A DNA stretch of 64,000 bases from Botryllus schlosseri (Eukaryota): the NCBI GenBank assembly GCA_051294905.1, contig CM119371.1, positions 35,404,001 through 35,468,000 of the forward strand. The letters run 5' to 3'. The position numbers were made by a program, and so were the translations under genes. A model generated the notes under the pieces. The model searched no databases. It had not been told where the DNA came from and worked only from the letters and a program-made list of their open reading frames with translations. This document shows positions 53,101 to 64,000 of the stretch, in pieces (the first letter of the stretch is position 1; every line of letters begins with the position of its first letter).

Positions 53101-56100
53101 GCACGAGTATCATCACCTGGCCAACGTCTTTCGCAAAATTACACGTATAGCTCTCGGAATAAAGACGCCGATATTTCTATCTTAGACAAGTGCTCCACTT
53201 TTTATCACGTTCAGAAGTCGAGGCTTGTCCCAAAGCATAATCGAACCGAGTTTTAGCCAATTCTACCGTCTAGTTCGAGTCAAATTTCATCCCTACTTTT
53301 CAGAGAAATTGCACGAGTATCATCACCTGGCCAACGTCTTTCGCAAAATTACACGTATAGCTCTCGGATTAAAGACGCCGATATTTCTATCTTAGACAAG
53401 TGCTCCACTTTTAATCACGTTCAGGAGTCGAGGCTTAACCCAAAGCATATTCGAACCGAGTTTTAGCCAATTCTACCGTCTAGTTCGAGTCGAATTTCAT
53501 CTCTACTTTTCAGAGAAATTGCACGAGTATCATCACCTGGCCAACGTCTTTCGCAAAATTACACGTAAAGCTCTCGGATTAAAGACGCCGATATTTCTAT
53601 CTTAGACAAGTGCTCCACTTTTAATCACGTTCAGGAGTCGAGGCTTAACCCAAAGCATATTCGAACCGAGTTTTAGCCAATTCTACCGTCTAGTTCGAGT
53701 CGAATTTCATCTCTACTTTTCAGAGAAATTGCACGAGTATCATCACCTGGCCAACGTCTTTCGCAAAATTACACGTATAGCTCTCGGATTAAAGACGCCG
53801 ATATTTTTTTTTTAGACAAGTGCTCCACTTTTAACCACGTTCAGGAGTCGAGGCTTGTCCCAAAGCATAATCGAACCGAGTTTTAGCCAATTCTACCGTC
53901 TAGTTCGAGTCGAATTTCATCTCTACTTTTCAGAGAAATTGCACGAGTATCATCACCTGGCCAACGTCTTTCGCAAAATTACACGTATAGCTCTCGGATT
54001 AAAGACGCCGATATTTCTATCTTAGACAAGTGCTCCACTTTTAACCACGTTCAGGAGTCGAGGCTTGTCCCAAAGCATAATCGAACCTAATTTCAGCCAA
54101 TTCTACCGTCTAGTTCGAGTCGAATATCATCTCTACTTTTCAGAGAAATAGCGCGAGTATCATCACCTGGCTAACGTCTTTCGCAAAATTACACGTATAG
54201 CTCTCGGAATGAAGACGCCGATATTTCTATCTTAGACAAGTGCTCCATTTTTATCACGTTCAGAAGTCGAGGCTTGTCCCAAAGCATAATCGAACCGAGT
54301 TTTAGCCAATTCTACCGTCTAGTTCGAGTCGAATTTCATCTCTACTTTTTAGAGAAATTGCACGAGTATCATCACCTGGCCAACGTCTTTCGCAAAATTA
54401 CACGTATAGCTCTCGGATTAAAGACGCCGATATTTCTATCTTAGACAAGTGCTCCACTTTTAACCACGTTCAGGAGTCGAGGCTTGTCCCAAAGCATAAT
54501 CGAACCGAATTTCAGCCAATTCTACCGTCTAGTTCGAGTCGAATTTCATCTCTACTTTTCAGAGAAATTGCACGAGTATCATCACCTGGCCAACGTCTTT
54601 CGCAAAATTACACGTATAGCTCTCGGATTGAAGACGCCGATATTTCTATCTTTGACAAGTGCTCCACTTTTAATCACGTTCACGAGTCGAGGCTTGTCCC
54701 AAAGCATAATCGAACCGAGTTTTAGCCAATTCTACCGTCTAGTTCGAGTCGAATTTCATCTCTACTTTTCAGAGAAATTGCACGAGTATCATCACCTGGC
54801 CAACGTCTTTCGCAAAGTTACACGTATAGCTCTCGGATTAAAGACGCCGATATTTCCATCTTAGACAAGTGCTCCACTTTTAATCACGTTCAGGAGTCGA
54901 GGATTGTCCCAGAGCATAATCGAACCGAGTTTTAGCCAATTGTACCGTCTAGTTCGAGTCGAATTTCATCTCTACTTTTCAGAGAAATTGCACGAGTATC
55001 ATCACCTGGCCAACCTCTTTCGCAAAATTACACGTATAGCTCTCGGATTAAAGACGCCGATATTTCTATCTTAGACAAGTGCTCCACTTTTAACCACGTT
55101 CAGGAGTCGAGGCTTGTCCCAAAGCATAATCGAACCTAATTTCAGCCAATTCTACCGTCTAGTTCGAGTCGAATATCATCTCTACTTTTCAGAGAAATAG
55201 CGCGAGTATCATCACCTGGCTAACGTCTTTCGCAAAATTACACGTATAGCTCTCGGATTAAAGACGCCGAAATTTCTATCTTAGACAAGTGCTCCACTTT
55301 TAACCACGTTCAGGAGTCGAGGCTTGTCCCAAAGCATAATCGAACCGAGTTTTAGCCAATTCTACCGTCTAGTTCGAGTCGAATTTCATCTCTACTTTTC
55401 AGAGAAATTGCACGAGTATCATCACCTGGCCAACGTCTTTCGCAAAATTACACGTATAGCTCTCGGAATGAAGACGCCGATATTTCTATCTTAGACAAGT
55501 GCTCCATTTTTATCACGTTCAGAAGTCGAGGCTTGTCCCAAAGCATAATCGAACCGAGTTTTAGCCAATTCTACCGTCTAGTTCGAGTCAAATTTCATCC
55601 CTACTTTTCAGAGAAATTGCACGAGTATCATCACCTGGCCAACGTCTTTCGCAAAATTACACGTATAGCTCTCGGATTAAAGACGCCGATATTTCTATCT
55701 TAGACAAGTGCTCCACTTTTAATCACGTTCAGGAGTCGAGGCTTAATCCAAAGCATATTCGAACTGAGTTTTAGCCAATTTTACCGTCTAGTTCGAGTCG
55801 AATTTCATCTCTACTTTTCAGAGAAATTGCACGAGTATCATCACCTGGCCAACGTCTTTCGCAAAATTACACGTATAGCTCTCGGATTAAAGACGCCGAT
55901 ATTTCTATCTTAGACAAGTGCTCCACTTTTAATCACGTTCAGGAGTCGAGGCTTGTCCTAAAGCATAATCGAACCTAATTTCAGCCAATTCTACCGTCTA
56001 GTTCGAGTCGAATATCATCTCTACTTTTCAGAGAAATAGCGCGAGTATCATCACCTGGCTAACGTCTTTCGCAAAATTACACGTATAGCTCTCGGATTAA

Positions 56101-59100
56101 AGACGCCGATATTTCTATCGTAGACAAGTGCTCAACTTTTAACCACGTTCAGGAGTCGAAGCTTGTCCTAAAGCATAATCGAACCGAGTTTTAGTCAATT
56201 CTACCGTCTAGTTCGAGTCCAATTTCATCTCTACTTTTCAGAGAAATTGCACGAGTATCATCTCCCGGCCAACGTCTTTCGCAAAATTACACGTATAGCT
56301 ATCGGATTAAAGACGCCGATATTTCTTTTTTAGACAAGTGCTCCACTTTTAACCACGTTCAGGAGTCGAGGCTTGTCCCGAAGCATAATCGAACCGAGTT
56401 TTAGCCAATTCTACCGTCTAGTTCGAGTCGAATTTCATCTCTACTTTTTAGAGAAATTGCACGAGTATCATCACCTGGCCAACGTCTTTCGCAAAATTAC
56501 ACGTATAGCTCTCGGAATAAAGACGCCGATATTTCTATCTTAGACAAGTGCTCCACTTTTTATCACGTTCAGAAGTCGAGGCTTGTCCCAAAGCATAATC
56601 GAACCGAGTTTTAGCCAATTCTACCGACTAGTTCGAGTCAAATTTCATCCCTACTTTTCAGAGAAATTGCACGAGTATCATCACCTGGCCAACGTCTTTC
56701 GCAAAATTACACGTATAGCTCTCGGATTAAAGACGCCGATATTTCTATCTTAGACAAGTGCTCCACTTTTAATCACGTTCAGGAGTCGAGGCTTAACCCA
56801 AAGCATATTCGAACCGAGTTTTAGCCAATTCTACCGTCTAGTTCGAGTCGAATTTCATCTCTACTTTTCAGAGAAATTGCACGAGTATCATCACCTGGCC
56901 AACGTCTTTCGCAAAATTACACGTATAGCTCTCGGATTAAAGACGCCGATATTTCTATCTTAGACAAGTGCTCCACTTTTAATCACGTTCAGGAGTCGAG
57001 GCTTAACCCAAAGCATATTCGAACCGAGTTTTAGCCAATTCTACCGTCTAGTTCGAGTCGAATTTCATCTCTACTTTTCAGAGAAATTGCACGAGTATCA
57101 TCACCTGGCCAACGTCTTTCGCAAAATTACACGTATAGCTCTCGGATTAAAGACGCCGATATTTCTTTTTTAGACAAGTGCTCCACTTTTAACCACGTTC
57201 AGGAGTCGAGGCTTGTCCCAAAGCATAATCGAACCGAGTTTTAGCCAATTCTACCGTCTAGTTCGAGTCGAATTTCATCTCTACTTTTCAGAGAAATTGC
57301 ACGAGTATCATCACCTGGCCAACGTCTTTCGCAAAATTACACGTATAGCTCTCGGATTAAAGACGCCGATATTTCTATCTTAGACAAGTGCTCCACTTTT
57401 AACCACGTTCAGGAGTCGAGGCTTGTCCCAAAGCATAATCGAACCTAATTTCAGCCAATTCTACCGTCTAGTTCGAGTCGAATATCATCTCTACTTTTCA
57501 GAGAAATAGCGCGAGTATCATCACCTGGCTAACGTCTTTCGCAAAATTACACGTATAGCTCTCGGATTAAAGACGCCGATATTTCTATCTTAGACAAGTG
57601 CTCAACTTTTAACCACGTTCAGGAGTCGAAGCTTGTCCTAAAGCATAATCGAACCGAGTTTTTGTCAATTCTACCGTCTAGTTCGAGTCCAATTTCATCT
57701 CTACTTTTCAGAGAAATTGCACGAGTATCATCACCCGGCCAACGTCTTTCGCAAAATTACACGTATAGCTCTCGGATTAAAGACGCCGATATTTCTTTTT
57801 TAGACAAGTGCTCAACTTTTAACCACGTTCAGGAGTCGAGGCTTGTCCCAAAGCATAATCGAACCGAGTTTTAGCCAATTCTACCGTCTAGTTCGAGTCG
57901 AATTTCATCTCTACTTTTAAGAGAAATTGCACGAGTATCATCACCTGGCCAACGTCTTTCGCAAAATTACACGTATAGCTCTCGGAATAAAGACGCCGAT
58001 ATTTCTATCTTAGACAAGTGCTCCACTTTTTATCACGTTCAGAAGTCGAGGCTTGTCCCAAAGCATAATCGAACCGAGTTTTAGCCAATTCTACCGTCTA
58101 GTTCGAGTCAAATTTCATCCCTACTTTTCAGAGAAATTGCACGAGTATCATCACCTGGCCAACGTCTTTCGCAAAATTACACGTATAGCTCTCGGATTAA
58201 AGACGCCGATATTTCTATCTTAGACAAGTGCTCCACTTTTAATCACGTTCAGGAGTCGAGGCTTAACCCAAAGCATATTCGAACCGAGTTTTAGCCAATT
58301 CTACCGTCTAGTTCGAGTCGAATTTCATCTCTACTTTTCAGAGAAATTGCACGAGTATCATCACCTGGCCAACGTCTTTCGCAAAATTACACGTAAAGCT
58401 CTCGGATTAAAGACGCCGATATTTCTATCTTAGACAAGTGCTCCACTTTTAATCACGTTCAGGAGTCGAGGCTTAACCCAAAGCATATTCGAACCGAGTT
58501 TTAGCCAATTCTACCGTCTAGTTCGAGTCGAATTTCATCTCTACTTTTCAGAGAAATTGCACGAGTATCATCACCTGGCCAACGTCTTTCGCAAAATTAC
58601 ACGTATAGCTCTCGGATTAAAGACGCCGATATTTTTTTTTTAGACAAGTGCTCCACTTTTAACCACGTTCAGGAGTCGAGGCTTGTCCCAAAGCATAATC
58701 GAACCGAGTTTTAGCCAATTCTACCGTCTAGTTCGAGTCGAATTTCATCTCTACTTTTCAGAGAAATTGCACGAGTATCATCACCTGGCCAACGTCTTTC
58801 GCAAAATTACACGTATAGCTCTCGGATTAAAGACGCCGATATTTCTATCTTAGACAAGTGCTCCACTTTTAACCACGTTCAGGAGTCGAGGCTTGTCCCA
58901 AAGCATAATCGAACCTAATTTCAGCCAATTCTACCGTCTAGTTCGAGTCGAATATCATCTCTACTTTTCAGAGAAATAGCGCGAGTATCATCACCTGGCT
59001 AACGTCTTTCGCAAAATTACACGTATAGCTCTCGGATTAAAGACGCCGATATTTCTATCTTAGACAAGTGCTCCACTTTTAACCACGTTCAGGAGTCGAA

Positions 59101-62100
59101 GCTTGTCCTAAAGCATAATCGAACCGAGTTTTAGCCAATTCTACCGTCTAGTTCGAGTCCAATTTCATCTCTACTTTTCAGAGAAATTGCACGAGTATCA
59201 TCACCCGGCCAACGTCTTTCGCAAAATTACACGTATAGCTCTCGGATTAAAGACGCCGATATTTCTTTTTTAGACAAGTGCTCCACTTTTAACCACGTTC
59301 AGGAGTCGAGGCTTGTCCCAAAGCATAATCGAACCGAGTTTTAGCCAATTCTACCGTCTAGTTCGAGTCGAATTTCATCTCTACTTTTCAGAGAAATTGC
59401 ACGAGTATCATCACCTGGCCAACGTCTTTCGCAAAATTACACGTATAGCTCTCGGAATAAAGACGCCGATATTTCTATCTTAGACAAGTGCTCCACTTTT
59501 CATCACGTTCAGAAGTCGAGGCTTGTCCCAAAGCATAATCTAACCGAGTTTTAGCCAATTCTACCGTCTAGTTCGAGTCAAATTTCATCCCTACTTTTCA
59601 GAGAAATTGCACGAGTATCATCACCTGGCCAACGTCTTTCGCAAAATTACACGTATAGCTCTCGGATTAAAGACGCCGATATTTCTATCTTAGACAAGTG
59701 CTCCACTTTTAATCACGTTCAGGAGTCGAGGCTTAACCCAAAGCATATTCGAACCGAGTTTTAGCCAATTCTACTGTCTAGTTCGAGTCGAATTTCATCT
59801 CTACTTTTCAGAGAAATTGCACGAGTATCATCACCTGGCCAACGTCTTTCGCAAAATTACACGTATAGCTCTCGGATTAATGACGCCGATATTTCTATCT
59901 TAGCCAAGTGCTCCACTTTTAATCACGTTCACGAGTCGAGGCTTGTCCCAAAGCATAATCGAACCGAGTTTTAGCCAATTCTACCGTCTAGTTCAAGTCG
60001 AATTTCATCTCTACTTTTCAGAGAAATTGCACGAGTATCATCACCTGGCCAACGTCTTTCGCAAAATTACACGTATAGCTTTCGGATTAAAGACGCCGAT
60101 ATTTCTATCTTAGACAAGTGCTCCACTTTTATTCACGTTCAGGAGTCGAGGCTTGTCCCAAAGCATAATCGAACCGAGTTTTAGCCAATTCTACCGTCTA
60201 GTTCGAGTCGAATTTCATCTCTACTTTTCAGAGAAATTGCACGAGTATCATCACCTGGCCAACGTCTTTCGCAAAATTACACGTATAGCTCTCGGATTAA
60301 AGACGCCGATATTTCTATCTTAGACAAGTGCTCCACTTTTAACCACGTTCAGGAGTCGAGGCTTGTCCCAAAGCATAATCGAACCTAATTTCAGCCAATT
60401 CTACCGTCTAGTTCGAGTCGAATATCATCTCTACTTTTCAGAGAAATAGCGCGAGTATCATCACCTGGCTAACGTCTTTCGCAAAATTACACGTATAGCT
60501 CTCGGATTAAAGACGCCGACATTTCTATCTTAGACAAGTGCTCCACTTTCAAAAACGTTCAGGATTCGAGGCTTGTCCCAAAGCATAATCGAACCGAATT
60601 TCAGCCAATTCTACCGTCTAGTTCGAGTCGAATCTCATCTCTACTTTTCAGAGAAATTGCACGAGTATCATCACCTGGCCAACGTTTTTCGCAAAATTAC
60701 ACGTATAGCTCTCGGATTAAAGACGCCGATATTTCTATCTTAGACAAGTGCTCCACTTTTAATCACGTTCAGGAGTCGAGGCTTAACCCAAAGCATATTC
60801 GAACTGAGTTTTAGCCAATTCTACCGTCTAGTTCGAGTCGAATTTCATCTCTACTTTTCAGAGAAATTGCACGAGTATCATCACCTGGCCAACGTCTTTC
60901 GCAAAATTACACGTATAGCTCTCGGAATAAAGACGCCAATATTTCTATCTTAGACAAGTGCTCCACTTTTAATCACGTTCAGGAGTCGAGGCTTGTCCCA
61001 AAGCATAATCGAACCGAGTTTTAGCCAATTCTACCGTCTAGTTCGAGTCGAATTTCATCTCTACTTTTCAGAGAAATTGCACGAGTATCATCACCTGGCC
61101 AACGTCTTTCGCAAAATTACACGTATAGCTCTCGGATTAAAGACGCCGATATTTCTATCTTAGACAAGTGCTCCACTTTTAACCACGTTCAGGAGTCGAG
61201 GCTTGTCCCAAAGCATAATCGAACCTAATTTCAGCCAATTCTACCGTCTAGTTCGAGTCGAATATCATCTCTACTTTTCAGAGAAATAGCGCGAGTATCA
61301 TCACCTGGCTAACGTCTTTCGCAAAATTACACGTATAGCTCTCGGATTAAAGACGCCGAAATTTCTATCTTAGACAAGTGCTCCACTTTTAACCACGTTC
61401 AGGAGTCGAAGCTTGTCCTAAAGCATAATCGAACCGAGTTTTAGCCAATTCTACCGTCTAGTTCGAGTCCAATTTCATCTCTACTTTTCAGAGAAATTGC
61501 ACGAGTATCATCACACGGCCAACGTCTTTCGCAAAATTACACGTATAGCTCTCGGATGAAAGACGCCGATATTTCTTTTTTAGACAAGTGCTCCACTTTT
61601 AACCACGTTCAGGAGTCGAGGCTTGTCCCAAAGCATAATCGAACCGAGTTTTAGCCAATTCTACCGTCTAGTTCGAGTCGAATTTCATCTCTACTTTTCA
61701 GAGAAATTGCACGAGTATCATCACCTGGCCAACGTCTTTCGCAAAATTACACGTATAGCTCTCGGAATGAAGACGCCGATATTTCTATCTTAGACAAGTG
61801 CTCCACTTTTTATCACGTTCAGAAGTCGAGGCTTGTCCCAAAGCATAATCGAACCGAGTTTTAGCCAATTCTACCGTCTAGTTCGAGTCAAATTTCATCC
61901 CTACTTTTCAGAGAAATTGCACGAGTATCATCACCTGGCCAACGTCTTTCGCAAAATTACACGTATAGCTCTCGGATTAAAGACGCCGATATTTCTATCT
62001 TAGACAAGTGCTCCACTTTTATTCACGTTCAGGAGTCGAGGCTTGTCCCAAAGCATAATCGAACCGAGTTTTAGCCAATTCTACCGTCTAGTTCGAGTCG

Positions 62101-64000
62101 AATTTCATCTCTACTTTTCAGAGAAATTGCACGAGTATCATCACCTGGCCAACGTCTTTCGCAAAATTACACGTATAGCTCTCGGATTAAAGACGCCGAT
62201 ATTTCTATCTTAGACAAGTGCTCCACTTTTAACCACGTTCAGGAGTCGAGGCTTGTCCCAAAGCATAATCGAACCTAATTCAAGCCAATTCTACCGTCTA
62301 GTTCGAGTCGAATATCATCTCTACTTTTCAGAGAAATAGCGCGAGTATCATCACCTGGCTAACGTCTTTCGCAAAATTACACGTATAGCTCTCGGATTAA
62401 AGACGCCGACATTTCTATCTTAGACAAGTGCTCCACTTTCAAAAACGTTCAGGATTCGAGGCTTGTCCCAAAGCATAATCGAACCGAATTTCAGCCAATT
62501 CTACCGTTTAGTTCGAGTCGAATCTCATCTCTACTTTTCAGAGAAATTGCACGAGTATCATCACCTGGCCAACGTTTTTCGCAAAATTACACGTATAGCT
62601 CTCGGATTAAAGACGCCGATATTTCTATCTTAGACAAGTGCTCCACTTTTAATCACGTTCAGGAGTCGAGGCTTAACCCAAAGCATATTCGAACTGAGTT
62701 TTAGCCAATTCTACCGTCTAGTTCGAGTCGAATTTCATCTCTACTTTTCAGAGAAATTGCACGAGTATCATCACCTGGCCAACGTCTTTCGCAAAATTAC
62801 ACGTATAGCTCTCGGAATAAAGACGCCAATATTTCTATCTTAGACAAGTGCTCCACTTTTAATCACGTTCAGGAGTCGAGGCTTGTCCCAAAGCATAATC
62901 GAACCGAGTTTTAGCCAATTCTACCGTCTAGTTCGAGTCGAATTTCATCTCTACTTTTCAGAGAAATTGCACGAGTATCATCACCTGGCCAACGTCTTTC
63001 GCAAAATTACACGTATAGCTCTCGGATTAAAGACGCCGATATTTCTATCTTAGACAAGTGCTCCACTTTTAACCACGTTCAGGAGTCGAGGCTTGTCCCA
63101 AAGCATAATCGAACCTAATTTCAGCCAATTCTACCGTCTAGTTCGAGTCGAATATCATCTCTACTTTTCAGAGAAATAGCGCGAGTATCATCACCTGGCT
63201 AACGTCTTTCGCAAAATTACACGTATAGCTCTCGGATTAAAGACGCCGAAATTTCTATCTTAGACAAGTGCTCCACTTTTAACCACGTTCAGGAGTCGAA
63301 GCTTGTCCTAAAGCATAATCGAACCGAGTTTTAGCCAATTCTACCGTCTAGTTCGAGTCCAATTTCATCTCTACTTTTCAGAGAAATTGCACGAGTATCA
63401 TCACCCGGCCAACGTCTTTCGCAAAATTACACGTATAGCTCTCGGATGAAAGACGCCGATATTTCTTTTTTAGACAAGTGCTCCACTTTTAACCACGTTC
63501 AGGAGTCGAGGCTTGTCCCAAAGCATAATCGAACCGAGTTTTAGCCAATTCTACCGTCTAGTTCGAGTCGAATTTCATCTCTACTTTTCAGAGAAATTGC
63601 ACGAGTATCATCACCTGGCCAACGTCTTTCGCAAAATTACACGTATAGCTCTCGGAATGAAGACGCCGATATTTCTATCTTAGACAAGTGCTCCACTTTT
63701 TATCACGTTCAGAAGTCGAGGCTTGTCCCAAAGCATAATCGAACCGAGTTTTAGCCAATTCTACCGTCTAGTTCGAGTCAAATTTCATCCCTACTTTTCA
63801 GAGAAATTGCACGAGTATCATCACCTGGCCAACGTCTTTCGCAAAATTACACGTATAGCTCTCGGATTAAAGACGCCGATATTTCTATCTTAGACAAGTG
63901 CTCCACTTTTAATCACGTTCAGGAGTCGAGGCTTAACCCAAAGCATATTCGAACTGAGTTTTAGCCAATTCTACCGTCTAGTTCGAGTCGAATTTCATCT
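47118..64000. repeat. 210-bp satellite DNA array (about 80 monomers, runs off the window end)
   Basis: Monomer ACGTTCAGGAGTCGAGGCTTGTCCCAAAGCATAATCGAACCGAG...GTGCTCCACTTTTAATC with period 210 (e.g. GAGGCTTGTC at 47341, 47551, 47761); only a few substitutions per copy and three 1-bp deletions. Confidence 0.99.

Noticed and set aside
47118..64000. CRISPR-like array or coding tandem repeat (ORFs 49446, 52834, 54484, 57662)
   Set aside because: There are no unique spacers and the context is eukaryotic. The ORFs arise only where a point variant removes a stop or creates a TTG start in the 210-bp (70-codon) monomer.

Overview
Eukaryotic (animal) genomic DNA, probably a marine invertebrate such as a tunicate; the organism is an inference from intron sizes and repeat content only. 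From left to right the window holds: (1) a 23-finger C2H2 zinc-finger ORF whose 5' end is split by a near-perfectly palindromic hAT-type MITE; (2) a multi-exon minus-strand gene for a catalytically dead DPP6/DPP10-like (peptidase S9B fold) type II membrane protein, reconstructed by hand as 17 phase-compatible exons plus a candidate first exon (about 846 aa), with a decayed copy of its last exon downstream; (3) a probable rhodopsin-type GPCR terminal exon; (4) many nested non-autonomous DNA transposons (8-, 7- and 9-bp target-site duplications, TSDs) and tRNA-derived SINEs; (5) Penelope-like retroelement remnants carrying minimal hammerhead-ribozyme motifs; (6) a 2.2-kb hAT-bounded composite carrying a Polinton/adenain-like protease fragment; and (7) from about 47.1 kb to the end, about 80 copies of a 210-bp satellite with visible higher-order repeat structure. 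All calls are by eye; no database searches were run.
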